This document shows, one piece after another, positions 9,507-19,701 of a stretch of DNA of 61,344 nt. The stretch comes from a virus. Taxonomy: Duplodnaviria > Caudoviricetes. The notes beneath the pieces were generated by a model, which had not been told where the DNA came from, made no database searches, and saw only the letters and a list, made by a program, of their open reading frames with translations. Location of the stretch: the IMG/VR virus record IMGVR_UViG_3300033153_010600, positions 1 through 61,344 of that record. The stretch is one strand, 5' to 3'. How positions within the stretch are numbered: the first letter of the stretch is position 1; every line of letters starts with the position of its first letter. The position numbers and the translations under genes are program-made.

Positions 9507-10161
9507 CGTCCCCCTCCGCGTTCGCCGGCTTCCCGTTGCCCCCGTCCCCCGGCAGCATCGGCACCCCGTCCGGTCCGCGCACCATTTCCCGGCCGTCCGC
9601 CGAGATCACCGTCGGCAGGTTCTCCGGCCGGGACCGCTCCTCCGCGTATTGCACCAGGGCGAAGACCGACGCTATCCGGCCCTCCATGTTCACGTCCAAC
9701 TCCTGCGGCACGGGCTTATACAACCCGAACAGCCGAATGTGCATGTCGATCGCCCGCAGCGCCTTCTCGATGTACGCCGTGTCGCCGCACCGGTCCGTCA
9801 TCTCCGTCCGTGTCTTCACCACCGGCCAGTCCTGGGGCTTCACCCCGGGCACCGCCTCCCGCTCCTGGATCACCTTCTTCATCGGCTGCTTGGACCGCTC
9901 GTACTCCGCCAGGCACTCCTCCAGCAGCTTGGTGAGCCGGGCGTCGGACTGGGCCCGGGCCGCCTCGACGGCCATTGGGACGGCTTTTCGCCACTGCGCC
10001 ATCGTCTGGGAGAAGTACCGCTGGATGGTTGTCACACCCAGCCCCATCTGCTTGGCAATCTGTTTGTCCGTCATGCCGAAATCGCGGCGGAGGCGCAGGG
10101 CCTCGGCTATTCTTGCCGCCCGCTGGGCCGTCGCACGCTGCATCTTGCCGTTGGCGCCCAT
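9490..10161 (-). CDS. Probable terminase small subunit
   Basis: N-terminal HTH (MTDKQIAKQMGLGVTTIQRY); overlaps the terL start. Confidence 0.7.
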   Translation of the reverse strand: MGANGKMQRATAQRAARIAEALRLRRDFGMTDKQIAKQMGLGVTTIQRYFSQTMAQWRKAVPMAVEAARAQSDARLTKLLEECLAEYERSKQPMKKVIQEREAVPGVKPQDWPVVKTRTEMTDRCGDTAYIEKALRAIDMHIRLFGLYKPVPQELDVNMEGRIASVFALVQYAEERSRPENLPTVISADGREMVRGPDGVPMLPGDGGNGKPANAEGDDAGAE

Positions 10162-10173
10162 CTAGGGGACTCC

Positions 10174-11433
10174 GTTATTCGGGGGGGATGTTGCCACTCT
10201 TACTCGGTTTTGGTTCTAGGCCCAGATCTTTGAGCCGCTGAAGCGTTACAGCTGTGTACGCCTCAGAGATTTCGATCCCGTACCCGATGCGGCCAAGCTA
10301 CTCGCAAGCGACAAGGGTGGTGCCGGAACCGAGGAAGGGATCAAGCACAGCATCGCCCTCGATCGAAAAAAGTCGGATACACCGAGCCGCCAGTTCTACT
10401 GGGAACGGGCACTTATGTCCTACCTGCTTTGCCGACGCAGGGGCAATGCTCCAAATACTGTCCATTTGGTGATTGTGATCTTCTCCGTGCAATCCATGCT
10501 TTTTCTCCCTGATCGTGCGGCCGTTGTGGTAACAGACGAGAACGTATTCATGGCTCAAATGGGGAACACATGGCCGGCGCATAAAGCTGATTGGTGGGAG
10601 CGGATTTGTAATCCCTTTGCGCCAAATGACATATCGGACTAAGTCGCCAAGACGTTCGGCCAACTCAATATAATGGACATGAACCCACTCTTGCTTCGCT
10701 TTACCTGCGGGCATGTCACCGCAGCAAACTCTCGGCACAACCCATAGATGGCATCGCCGAGTTCGTACAACCGTGAAATGTTGTCTGTAAAGCCGCCCTC
10801 GCCTTGCTCATTCCACATCTCAGCCGCAGGGTACGGCGGCGATGTAACAACAAGTTCACACTTTTGCCAGTTCTCCGCTTTCGTCGAGTCCCCGCACAAC
10901 ACCCGATGCACGCCCGCCTTGCCCGGGATCTCCCAGAGCTGGCCGCGCTCGGTCCCCCACTCCGCCTGCAACTCGGCCGCCCGGTCAACCTGCGGCTCAG
11001 GGGCTTCCTCCGCTTCCCCGTCGCTTGGCAATGCGAGTAGCTCGTGCAAATCCTCGTCCCCGAACCCCGTCGCCGCCAGCAGCTCCGCGTCGTCCTGCAT
11101 GGCCTGGAGCAGGGCCGCCAGACCGGACTCGTCCCATTCGGCGTGCTCGGCCGTGCGGTTGTCCGCGATCGAGTAGGCCGTCGCCTCCATCCCCTCCAGG
11201 TCCGTCCAGCGGACTTCGATCTCTCTCCACCCGAGGTCGCACGCCGCTTGCCACGTTCCGCTGCCCGCGCGGATCACGCCGTCCTGGCTCACGAGGATCG
11301 GCCGCTGCTGCCCGAACCTAAGTAGGCTCGCCTTGATCGCGTCGATCGACCGCGGCGGATGCAGCCTCACGTTGGCCGGGTCCGGCCCTACCGTGTCGAT
11401 CGGCACCTTTTCGACTATGCAAGGCTGAGGCAT
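10174..11433 (-). pseudogene. ParB-domain/DNA methyltransferase fusion, disrupted
   Basis: ParB-like DPANVRLH..FGQQRPI..IADNR; VTSPPY; HKCPFPVELA..LDPFLGSGTT in another frame (shift near 10720); TAG at 10298-10300 interrupts VACE*LGRIGYGIEISEAY. Confidence 0.75.
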
Positions 11434-11475
11434 GGTTGCTTTGTATACCTTTCGTTTTTGCGGTTTTTGGGGGGG

Positions 11476-12276
11476 CTACACGTCCATGCCGGCCACTTCC
11501 GCCAAGTCCAAGCCGAGCACCTTCTTGTAGCTTTCCTTCCACCGCACTTTGGGTTCGTCCCTCAACGCTGCATATATCCGCTGAACAGCTTCGTCGGTTT
11601 GCCCCGCTTCGATCCGCCGCAACTCCGTTTCGCTAGTGCCTGGGATGCACCGGCTCCGAAGCTGGTTCATCTTGCCGATCCAAATTGTGTCGCTGACGTA
11701 CGGCTCTACTGTGCGGAAGAGATTGACCGCATTGTCCGCGTCAAGCAGCGGCTCGCATGAAACCGAGGTGGCGTAGCCTTGTCTATGGGCGTATCGCAAA
11801 CAGGCAAGCCGTTCCTCGAACGTCGGGGCGCCCGGCTCCCAATACGCCAGGATCGACTCCTCCATTGCCCCGACGGTGAAGCGGAACAGGATCAATTCGT
11901 GGAACATCCGCGCCTCCAGGCAAATTGCCTGGACGCACTCCAGGTGCGGCTTGCTGACGATCAACAGCTCGTTGCCCGCCCGGAGGTGCTTGCGGATCAC
12001 CTCGAGGCATGGCGCGAGGTGCTCTGGCGTGATGTCGTGGGTGGTCGGAAACATCACCCGGCCGTTGACGGGCTTGCGGCGCCTGCGTAGCTGCGCCGGC
12101 CGAACGCGGTTGTATGACTCCCCCCACTCTTCGTAGCTGCCAATCTGCCGCCGCCGGACAGCGTTGGCCCTGGCGTAGCAGTAGCGGCACTTGTGAGTAC
12201 AGCCGAGGACCACGTTGTCGGACTCGACCGACCATTCCCGGGTCCCGCTGATTCGAGCAAAATTGGCGTCAGACAC
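11476..12276 (-). CDS. Radical SAM protein (gp37/gp68- or SplB-like)
   Basis: GCTHKCRYCYA CxxxCxxC; VSCEPLL; IWIG. Confidence 0.75.
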   Translation of the reverse strand: MSDANFARISGTREWSVESDNVVLGCTHKCRYCYARANAVRRRQIGSYEEWGESYNRVRPAQLRRRRKPVNGRVMFPTTHDITPEHLAPCLEVIRKHLRAGNELLIVSKPHLECVQAICLEARMFHELILFRFTVGAMEESILAYWEPGAPTFEERLACLRYAHRQGYATSVSCEPLLDADNAVNLFRTVEPYVSDTIWIGKMNQLRSRCIPGTSETELRRIEAGQTDEAVQRIYAALRDEPKVRWKESYKKVLGLDLAEVAGMDV

Positions 12277-12287
12277 GCTCAGGCTCC

Positions 12288-12983
12288 TTAGCCACCTACG
12301 CTATTCCAAGGGGAAAAATGTTGGTCGCCCCGGACGCGGCTCGCCCGTCGAACCACGAGTTGCGTGAACCAGGGGACGCGAAGGTTGCTTAGCAGACGCA
12401 ACAGATCCGCCACGTGCCGGCTACGCAGCAGCAGAAGGGCAAGCACGACGTTGAGTGCCACGGCGCCGTACTTCTCGCGCGAGAGGAGACGCGCATTCAG
12501 GTAAGTGCTTGCCAATTCCATCAGACGATCACCCAGCTCGGGCTCGCTATCCGGTTCCTCCGGCGGCTGTGAAGTCAGCTTCCGCACAAGGGTCTTGGCT
12601 ACCTCCAGTTCCACTTCCAGCGGAACCGTGGCATTTTGATCGCTGGCCAAGAGGACAGCCAAATCCCCTAAATCACCTCCGTGCATCGTTGCGACGTACT
12701 TCCGAATCGCCGAAGCAACTGCGACCAGGTCCTCTGGATCATCACTGTTGCGATGGTCCTCAATGAAGCGACGGAGGACCACATTGAGCCGGCTACGCTC
12801 GTCAGGCGCAAACGGTAGGACCTCCGCTTCGATCACCATTCTCCGCCTCACCGGATGATCCGTACTCGCATTCTCAAGTACGGCCAACACTGACTCAGGG
12901 GAGAGTCCTTCTGCGGTCAGATCACTTCGCAGGGACAGTTTTTGTCCCCCATGAATTGTCGGCTTGTGGGCTTGTTTGAACAC
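12288..12983 (-). CDS. Hypothetical helical protein
   Basis: 231-aa ORF with natural protein-like composition; no motif recognised. Confidence 0.55.
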   Translation of the reverse strand: MFKQAHKPTIHGGQKLSLRSDLTAEGLSPESVLAVLENASTDHPVRRRMVIEAEVLPFAPDERSRLNVVLRRFIEDHRNSDDPEDLVAVASAIRKYVATMHGGDLGDLAVLLASDQNATVPLEVELEVAKTLVRKLTSQPPEEPDSEPELGDRLMELASTYLNARLLSREKYGAVALNVVLALLLLRSRHVADLLRLLSNLRVPWFTQLVVRRASRVRGDQHFSPWNSVGG

Positions 12984-13644
12984 CGATCCCCATATCTAGG
13001 GGGATACTTTCGCAAATCTCCGGCGTGACCCGCCAGTGAAAACAGCTCCCGCCAATGGCAGATCCGGCTTTCCAGTTCGGAGACAGGGCCTTGGCGGCAC
13101 TGGCGGGCTTTACGGGATGTCGCAAACCCGCCGCCGGAGTATGGTCTTGACTTGTCCTTGTGCATGCGGTATTCTGTCGGCACTGGCTTTCCAGAGAGTC
13201 TAGTTTCGGAGTTTGGGTTATGTCGCGTCGCCACTTTCTCCCTACAAAAAGAGGCGAGTCACAAATCGGCGGGCCTTCAACTCGGCCCGAGAGTCTCGGC
13301 ACCCCAAAGGGGTTCTTTCCGCGTCATCGCGGTTTCTTCCCAGGCAACGGGCACAGGTTGTGTGCATTTACCCCTACGCCCTGGTCCCAATGGCTTCGCA
13401 ATAAGAATCCCGTATTAAAGGGTTGTGGCTCGCCACCGCAACGGCCGTGTCTCGAACCGCGTCCACGCCGACGGAGCAGCAGCGTGGGCTGACCCCGGAG
13501 CTATCGACACGTCGCGTCAGGCCCCCCATGGGGCAAGCCTATAGGGAAGGGGTACACCGATACATTCTCGACTACGCATAGTTGGGCGGAAGCGAATGCT
13601 CCGGAGCACGCTTCCCCCGTGATCCTTTTCTTCTGCTCTTGGTT

Positions 13645-13682
13645 ATGGTACCATGCAATTATGCTGAAAAGTGTGTTGCGAG
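13645..13682 (+). promoter_or_regulatory. Promoter + repeat-handle cassette, antisense to the ASCH 3' end
   Basis: TGGTACCAT then AAAGTGTGTTGCGAG (13668-82); the complement encodes the ASCH tail LATHFSA. Confidence 0.65.
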
Positions 13683-14114
13683 CTCTAGGATCTTTTTCTC
13701 CAGCCAGTTCGGCACATCCCAAAGCCCCAACGCTCCCTTGCATTGCACGGGCTGTTTCAACTTCCGCACTTTCCCCAATACCAAGCAAAGCGGGCCTTCG
13801 GTGTGTTCGTGTGCCAAGAACTCTTCGACCGTCGGGCCTTCGGGGGCAACCAAACGGTCGAGGGTTAACGAACAGTCATTCAGTCTCCGACGAACTACGT
13901 CGGGGCGTAAACAATTCAGCAACTCCGCCACCGCGACAATCGCTCCTGTCGGATATTCTCGCAGCTCATCGCGGCTCAGGTATTGCGTACCTTTACCCGC
14001 ATGGATTGCAAGCGGTCCACGGTAGGATGGCATGCGTTGCCAGCAGCGGTTCTCTACCCACTTCTCTGTGCCGATCATTGAGGCGTATGGTTGGGATATC
14101 GTGATGGCTTTCAT
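13659..14114 (-). CDS. ASCH domain protein
   Basis: MKAITISQPYA..KWVENR..YRGPLAIHAGK..GAIVAVAEL..KGALGLW. Confidence 0.9.
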   Translation of the reverse strand: MKAITISQPYASMIGTEKWVENRCWQRMPSYRGPLAIHAGKGTQYLSRDELREYPTGAIVAVAELLNCLRPDVVRRRLNDCSLTLDRLVAPEGPTVEEFLAHEHTEGPLCLVLGKVRKLKQPVQCKGALGLWDVPNWLEKKILELATHFSA

Positions 14115-14482
14115 CCGCTCGGCTCCGGAACACGCTTCTCCCGTGATCTCTTCTCGCGAAGCAGCTTCTTCGCCGCGAGCACGTGCTCGCGGAACGCCTC
14201 CCGCCCCGCCCCGAACGTCGCGTCGTTCGCCACCGCCACCAGGGCCAACAGCACGTGCGACACGGCTTCCGACAGGCACTCCCCGTAGAGGTGCCCGTAC
14301 ACGCGGTCGTTGGCGAGGTGCTCGTCCAACTCCTCGGCCGTCGCACGTATCTCCCTCGCCTCCGCGGCCCACGCCGCCTGCTGTTCCACGTCACGCCGGT
14401 CCACAAACTTGGACTCGGCCTTCCGCAGCCGGCGGAGTAGGGCTTTCAGCGCTCGCCGGGCCGTCCGCTCGTCAGGCGTCAT
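14111..14482 (-). CDS. Hypothetical protein
   Basis: 123-aa ORF overlapping both neighbours. Confidence 0.6.
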   Translation of the reverse strand: MTPDERTARRALKALLRRLRKAESKFVDRRDVEQQAAWAAEAREIRATAEELDEHLANDRVYGHLYGECLSEAVSHVLLALVAVANDATFGAGREAFREHVLAAKKLLREKRSREKRVPEPSG

Positions 14483-14693
14483 CTCGCTTCCCCCTGTGCG
14501 GATCGTTGTGGCGGAGCCCCGGCCCGCCCTCGCTCCGCGCGATCGCCTTGTAGATCTCTAGGCGGTGGACCGGTATCTCCTTGGGGGCGTTAATCCCAAG
14601 CCTCACCATGCCGTCCTTGATCTCCATGACAGTAATCGTGATGTCGTCACCGATCACGATCTTCTCGTTCTTTTTCCTCGTGAGCATCAGCAT
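14472..14693 (-). CDS. csrA: Carbon storage regulator CsrA
   Basis: MLMLTRKKNEKIVIGDDITITVMEIKDGMVRLGINAPKEIPVHRLEIY; GGAGGT RBS. Confidence 0.95.
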   Translation of the reverse strand: MLMLTRKKNEKIVIGDDITITVMEIKDGMVRLGINAPKEIPVHRLEIYKAIARSEGGPGLRHNDPHRGKRDDA

Positions 14694-14725
14694 AGCCGTT
14701 ACCTCCATGTTCAGAATCAGTACCC

Positions 14726-15202
14726 CTATTGTACCATTTTCCCGCAGGTTTTCCAAGCCGGCTCGCCTATCCGTCGCATGTAGCGGCGATGCCCCTCCCA
14801 GTCGACCGCCAGGTCCGGCAGAAATCGGCGACGGAGGATAGCCGAGCGCACCCAGTCCGTGTGGACCGCATCCGTTGCCCACTTGCGGAACAGCAGGAGC
14901 CCCACGTTCGCCTCGCTCTGCGGCCCGTACCGCTCGTGGCACTCCCGGCAGCACATAATTACAGCGCAGAGTTCGTCGCTTTTTCCGTGCCGGCCGGCGA
15001 ACATGTGGTGTATTTCCAGGATCGCCCCCCTCCGGCCCAAGGCGCCGCACACCTGGCACCACTGCCAGTCATAGTACATCCGCCGACCGAAGTCCCGATC
15101 TCGCACCCGGTTGGCTGGGGGAAAATTCCGGGCCAGATTCGGCAGCAGCTCTCGGTACCGGGCGAAAGGCACGCCCCGGCCGTCGACGAAGGCGTCCACC
15201 AT
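14726..15202 (-). CDS. HNH-like protein
   Basis: CQVCG..LEIHH..CRECHE. Confidence 0.65.
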   Translation of the reverse strand: MVDAFVDGRGVPFARYRELLPNLARNFPPANRVRDRDFGRRMYYDWQWCQVCGALGRRGAILEIHHMFAGRHGKSDELCAVIMCCRECHERYGPQSEANVGLLLFRKWATDAVHTDWVRSAILRRRFLPDLAVDWEGHRRYMRRIGEPAWKTCGKMVQ

Positions 15203-15216
15203 TTGTGGTCGGTCCC

Positions 15217-15513
15217 TTAGCTTTCAATCCACTTGCCGCACACTGGACACTCGCTCGGATTTTCACGTCCCGCCAGGACGAGCTGTCGCAATGCCCTGCA
15301 TCCCACACATTCCTCGACAGATTTCTTGACAGATTTTGACTTCGCCGATTGTTGTCGAATGCTCCGCCTGCCCGCTAGATACTCCTCGATGCTAGTATGG
15401 CTCCAACCGGTCTCGTGTGCAATTTGGCGCATTGTGAGACCGGCAGCCCGAAGTCGGCGGAATTCAAGAATATCCGCTTGGGTAATTTTGGTTTGGCCGG
15501 GTTGCCTGGGCAT
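15217..15513 (-). CDS. HTH + Zn-ribbon protein
   Basis: GLTMRQIAHETGWSHTSI; CVGC/CPVCG. Confidence 0.65.
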   Translation of the reverse strand: MPRQPGQTKITQADILEFRRLRAAGLTMRQIAHETGWSHTSIEEYLAGRRSIRQQSAKSKSVKKSVEECVGCRALRQLVLAGRENPSECPVCGKWIES

Positions 15514-15534
15514 CCGCCTATCCTCCGCTACTAT

Positions 15535-16953
15535 CTACCACTTGGCGAACTGCTCCGCGATCTCTTCACAGGTGTCCGGGATCGCAACCATCTCGGCAGC
15601 ATCGCAGTAGGACGAAGGCCCCATCTTGTTGGCCACCGCGTCCATGTACATGCTGAATTTGCCCTCTAGCGTCGTAATACACACGTCGGGGACTACCTTT
15701 GCGAGCTGAACGGAAAACTCCTGCGCCACCACCGTGTCGATCGACACGTGTTGCAGATCGGCCTTGCGAACCCAGTCCATCCAGTCGGAATAGTCCCGGG
15801 GTTCTTTGCCCTGCGCCCGCCCCTCCGGTTTCCATCCCAGTAGCACCACGTCTAGCCCCATGCGCTCGGCATCGCGTATGCAGTATTCCGCGTACGGCGA
15901 CCCCAGAACGACATGGACCGCAAGTTTTCCCTTGGGCAGCTTCGCGTGGCAGCCTGCCTCCGCAAACTTGCAGATCTCCCAATTGCTCAGCGGCGAGAAC
16001 GCCACTCTTCCGGGATGCTCCCGCAACCATAGGACTATCGGGTCTTCGGCAGTCATCCAATCCAGCGAACCTGTAGAAAAGTTGGCGACGATGCCTTGGT
16101 GGGCCGCGGACTCCAAAATGCTCACGAAATGGGGATGCAGCGTCGGTTCGCCCCCACCAATGGCAATCTCGAAGACGTGCATTTCCCCTAATCGCCGTAG
16201 CAACTGGAAAATGTTGTCAAAGTTCGCGTGCTGCCCTTCAGCCGTTGATCCCTGATAGCAGTACGGACAGCCTCGCTCGCAACGGTCCGTGATTTTCAGG
16301 TCCACCAGTTCAGGCCACGTTGCCTTCTCGTAGATGGGATAATTATCGTGTTGCGCATCCGGATACGGCACGAGGTTGATGCGAATCTTGGTCCCGGTCT
16401 TCCGATTAAACAGCACCCACCAGTCGCCATCCTTTCTCGCAACAAGACTACCCCACTGCTCCGCGAGATTGTTAAGCCCGGGCGGATCAGCACAAGATCC
16501 CATGTCCAACAGCGGGCAGTATTCATCGACATTATCGTCGCCGCCGCATATCACGATACCGGATGTCAGGATATACTTCTCCAGATCCCGAACAAACTCG
16601 ATATTCAGCCCGCGCCCATCCCAGTTGTTCGGCAATGCCCAAGACGATTGGTGATCGACATAGGCGTTAAGGTGTCCGTGCTTGTCCAGCGGAGGCATCT
16701 TGACGCCGAACAACGATTCCACGACGCACTTCGCAGCGAACTTATCCCCAAGTATTCCCTTACACGTCATGTAGACCATTGCGGCGAGATATTTCGCCTT
16801 GGCCTCCGTTGTCGCGCAGACGAAGATGTCTCGCCCGAACGCGTATCTTCCGTCTTCGGGAGCCACGTCTTTGGTGTATCCCGGCAGCCATATTAGCGAA
16901 TGTGTGCTGCTGCTATTGGTCGCCAGGCCGACCCGAATGTTGGAAATTTGCAC
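15535..16953 (-). CDS. Radical SAM protein with N-terminal TNSSS domain
   Basis: RVGLATNSSSTH; ITDRCERGCPYCY; IAIGGGEPTLHP; AAGGAG RBS before GTG. Confidence 0.85.
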   Translation of the reverse strand: MQISNIRVGLATNSSSTHSLIWLPGYTKDVAPEDGRYAFGRDIFVCATTEAKAKYLAAMVYMTCKGILGDKFAAKCVVESLFGVKMPPLDKHGHLNAYVDHQSSWALPNNWDGRGLNIEFVRDLEKYILTSGIVICGGDDNVDEYCPLLDMGSCADPPGLNNLAEQWGSLVARKDGDWWVLFNRKTGTKIRINLVPYPDAQHDNYPIYEKATWPELVDLKITDRCERGCPYCYQGSTAEGQHANFDNIFQLLRRLGEMHVFEIAIGGGEPTLHPHFVSILESAAHQGIVANFSTGSLDWMTAEDPIVLWLREHPGRVAFSPLSNWEICKFAEAGCHAKLPKGKLAVHVVLGSPYAEYCIRDAERMGLDVVLLGWKPEGRAQGKEPRDYSDWMDWVRKADLQHVSIDTVVAQEFSVQLAKVVPDVCITTLEGKFSMYMDAVANKMGPSSYCDAAEMVAIPDTCEEIAEQFAKW

Positions 16954-16970
16954 AACACTCTCCTTTCCCC

Positions 16971-17027
16971 TTGCTACGTCCACCGAGGAATAGTACAATG
17001 CATTCGTGCTAAGAAGTGTGTTGCGAG
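16971..17027 (+). promoter_or_regulatory. Promoter + repeat-handle cassette
   Basis: TTGCTA-17 bp-TACAAT, then GAAGTGTGTTGCGAG 17013-27; antisense to the end of 17009-17296 (SQHTS). Confidence 0.8.
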
Positions 17028-17296
17028 TATTTGGCGATAGCCCGCCAATCCCGACGACTCATCAGCCGGCAGGCAATAACCGGTGAGTGCCTTCGGTCCT
17101 CCGGCTGGCGATACAGCCGCAGCCGGGCCGTTCGGCCGCCGACGTGCACGGTCAGGTCGACGTACCAGCCGTGCTCGTCCACTCGCGTTACCATTCCCTC
17201 GATCTGCGGGCCGCCGACCTCCTCGGCCACCGTCGCCCGGATCGTGTCGCCAGGCCGCAGGTCTACGTCGTATTGCTGATCAGTCAGCGTTAGCAC
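17009..17296 (-). CDS. Hypothetical protein
   Basis: Part of a tightly packed minus-strand run. Confidence 0.55.
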   Translation of the reverse strand: MLTLTDQQYDVDLRPGDTIRATVAEEVGGPQIEGMVTRVDEHGWYVDLTVHVGGRTARLRLYRQPEDRRHSPVIACRLMSRRDWRAIAKYSQHTS

Positions 17297-17549
17297 GGCT
17301 CACCTCCAGATCCTCGGCCTGCTCGATGGCCGTCTTGAGTGATTGCCCTAAAGACCGAGCTTGCTCAAGCGTTAGAAAATGGGATACGCCTACGTCTTCG
17401 CCCGGCGCTTCCCTAATGACTACGCCTAGTACCAGTGCTTCCCGTGTCACGTCCGCCCTAAGCCGCAGCCCATGCGTCCTGATTCTGGGCCTATTGCACC
17501 CACTTGTGGCGCCAACCTGAAATTCCCATTTTGTCGATTCGCCCATCAT
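17280..17549 (-). CDS. Hypothetical protein
   Basis: Overlaps both neighbours. Confidence 0.55.
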   Translation of the reverse strand: MMGESTKWEFQVGATSGCNRPRIRTHGLRLRADVTREALVLGVVIREAPGEDVGVSHFLTLEQARSLGQSLKTAIEQAEDLEVSRANAD

Positions 17550-17911
17550 CCGCTCCTGTCAATCGCGGCCACCGGGTCGACCTCTGCCGGGAAATCAACC
17601 GGGACAGCCTGGTGTAGTTTCTCGGCCAAAGCATTGAGAGCGTCGATCGTTAAGTCTTCGCCGAACAACTCGCGAAACCGGGTCCGCACGGCGTCGCCGA
17701 CGAACAGCCTGTCGAGCTGGTGGTGCAGCATCCGGGTCACGTCCGGCGGGCAGAACAGCTCGACCCTTTGCTCGTCTGCTGCCTGGATACTGATGGCGAC
17801 GAAGTCCATCCCGCTCGGCCTGTTGCGGCAGTCGATCACGTCGGTGCCGCTCACGTCGTGCACGTTGATCTTGTCCAGTCGCCCGTCGTTGTAATGCATC
17901 TCGATACTCAT
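17546..17911 (-). CDS. Hypothetical protein
   Basis: Start MSIEMH coupled to the upstream stop. Confidence 0.55.
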   Translation of the reverse strand: MSIEMHYNDGRLDKINVHDVSGTDVIDCRNRPSGMDFVAISIQAADEQRVELFCPPDVTRMLHHQLDRLFVGDAVRTRFRELFGEDLTIDALNALAEKLHQAVPVDFPAEVDPVAAIDRSG

Positions 17912-18216
17912 GCGTTCGCTCCCATTGCTTCGGCCACGGTCCGCCGCCCTATCGCCCGGGGGACGCCGCCGCCTTCGCCTCGTAGATAGTCCCGCAGCCG
18001 CCCCGCGCAACATCCGGAGCAGACTGCCCACCATTCGCCCCCCTCCCGGAAGTGCTGCCGAAAATACCCCAGCGGCCGGCCGCAGCAGTCGCACGACTTG
18101 CGGCCGTCGAGATCGTGCCGCCGCCTCCGCTCCTGGTGCTCGGCCTCGATCACGTCTAGCAGCACCGACGGTGCCGCAATGCGGTGTTCTGGTCGCGTCA
18201 TGTCCTCGCCCTCCAT
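17908..18216 (-). CDS. Small Zn-finger protein
   Basis: CDCCG...CSGC. Confidence 0.55.
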   Translation of the reverse strand: MEGEDMTRPEHRIAAPSVLLDVIEAEHQERRRRHDLDGRKSCDCCGRPLGYFRQHFREGGEWWAVCSGCCAGRLRDYLRGEGGGVPRAIGRRTVAEAMGANA

Positions 18217-18358
18217 TTTCGTGGTTTCGCACTCACTCGCAACACATTCCTAAGCCATACGATACCAGATAGACATCGTATGTCAATAGTCTATCGGGTA
18301 TTTTGCCAAAATAAATTCGGCAATCGCCGTAAGTTGTTGTCGGAGTTGAGGTTAGGAG

Positions 18359-18523
18359 TCACGACATACGCTTGCCCAGGGCCTGGATGACCAGAAAATC
18401 GGACACGCTCCGGCTCGTGGCCCGGGCACGCTGGCTCAGCTCCCTCCGCTCGCGGGCCGTGACCCGGATTAGAATCGCCTTGTTTCGCCGCTCCGCCGGC
18501 GACTTCCGCCTATTGTCCGCCAT
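18359..18523 (-). CDS. Ribbon-helix-helix (MobC-like) regulator
   Basis: RRNKAILIRVTARERREL..ARATSRSVSDFL; GAGGTG RBS. Confidence 0.75.
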   Translation of the reverse strand: MADNRRKSPAERRNKAILIRVTARERRELSQRARATSRSVSDFLVIQALGKRMS

Positions 18524-18534
18524 GTCGCCACCTC

Positions 18535-18591
18535 TTGCTACGTCTACCGGAGAATGGTGCAATACAATTATACTGAGAAGTATGTTGCGAG
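18535..18591 (+). promoter_or_regulatory. Promoter + repeat-handle cassette
   Basis: TTGCTA-17 bp-TGCAAT; GAAGTATGTTGCGAG 18577-91. Confidence 0.7.
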
Positions 18592-18619
18592 CGAGCGCTC
18601 CGCCGCGACGAACAGCCCC

Positions 18620-19195
18620 TCACCACTCCAGCGTCGGCTCGCCCCCGCCGATACCGATGGAGGTGGTCGTGTCGACGTACTCGGCAGACGCAGGCTGGTC
18701 GGCCGTCTGCGAGTTGTACGCGCCGAGCAACCACGGGATAGCGGTTCCGAGCCCGCCGCCGGCTAGCAGACCAGCCGCAACGTACGGTAGAGCTTTGGCT
18801 ACGAGGCCCTTTTCGGGGCTTGCTGTAGCGGGCTGCCCAGGTTGACCCGCGGGACCAGCCGGCTCGTGTATATGCACGTCGCGCGCAGCCATGATTCGCA
18901 TCGGGTTATCTTCCTCCGGCGGCCCAGATCCCCCGTCCTTTTTCCCGTAGAACAGATCTCGATGCAACGCCTTGGACTGCTCTCGCACCATTCGGTTTTC
19001 TTCCTCCATGCCGCCGACGATTGCGTCGAGTCCAACCATGCGAGTCAACCTTGCGAGTCCCGCTTTGCTCTCAAGTGCTTCAGTCACCGCCGCTTTCGCC
19101 GCCTCCAAGGGATTCGGCGAACTCGTCGACGAGTCGGTCGTAGTTGGTGAAGTCACCGCTAGTTGCTCCCGCGACAAAGGCTTTTCGGATGGCAT
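18620..19195 (-). CDS. Hypothetical membrane protein
   Basis: C-terminal hydrophobic segment ALPYVAAGLLAGGGLGTAIPWLL. Confidence 0.6.
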   Translation of the reverse strand: MPSEKPLSREQLAVTSPTTTDSSTSSPNPLEAAKAAVTEALESKAGLARLTRMVGLDAIVGGMEEENRMVREQSKALHRDLFYGKKDGGSGPPEEDNPMRIMAARDVHIHEPAGPAGQPGQPATASPEKGLVAKALPYVAAGLLAGGGLGTAIPWLLGAYNSQTADQPASAEYVDTTTSIGIGGGEPTLEW

Positions 19196-19430
19196 CGGCT
19201 CGGTCCGCGATCCGCTTCCGCCGAAGCGCGCTGTCCTCCACGGTTTCTGATTCTCGCAGATAATCGACCAACTCCCCCATGATGGAAAGCATGTTGGCCG
19301 TTACCTTCGCGATCACCGCAGCCGCTTGGGCCTTGCGGTCGGTCGCAAACTCCGCCGCAGAAAACAACTTTTCGGCCGTAGCGTTGTTCTCCGCGGCGCG
19401 TTTGCGGAAATCGTCTCCCAAGCCGCTCAT
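19080..19430 (-). CDS. Hypothetical helical protein
   Basis: ATG ORF with RBS in the operon. Confidence 0.55.
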   Translation of the reverse strand: MSGLGDDFRKRAAENNATAEKLFSAAEFATDRKAQAAAVIAKVTANMLSIMGELVDYLRESETVEDSALRRKRIADRADAIRKAFVAGATSGDFTNYDRLVDEFAESLGGGESGGD

Positions 19431-19439
19431 GTTGACCCC

Positions 19440-19631
19440 TTACGGCAAGAGGAGCACTTTGTCGATGGCCCGAGCCTCGGCCGGTCCAGGTTCATCGGCA
19501 ACTTTGATGGCCACCGCACGGAGGGTCCGGTTCGCATGGCCGATGCCGGCCCGAACCGAATTGATGTGCTTCTGATGGCTCAAGTGGGCCGACGTCTTGA
19601 TGAGTGTTTTGACGTTCTCAGGAAGTGCCAT
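19440..19631 (-). CDS. Hypothetical protein
   Basis: AGGAG RBS; EPGPAEARA tail resembles that of 19702-19995. Confidence 0.55.
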   Translation of the reverse strand: MALPENVKTLIKTSAHLSHQKHINSVRAGIGHANRTLRAVAIKVADEPGPAEARAIDKVLLLP

Positions 19632-19701
19632 AGTCTGTACGCTCCTATTTCAGCGAAGAAGAACTTGGTACGTTCACACGAAAGGCATGGTCGCTAGGCG
19701 A

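Noticed and set aside
10298-10300. Amber recoding
   Set aside because: A single in-frame TAG in an already frameshifted gene; other genes (e.g. helicase, ParB-like) end normally at TAG.
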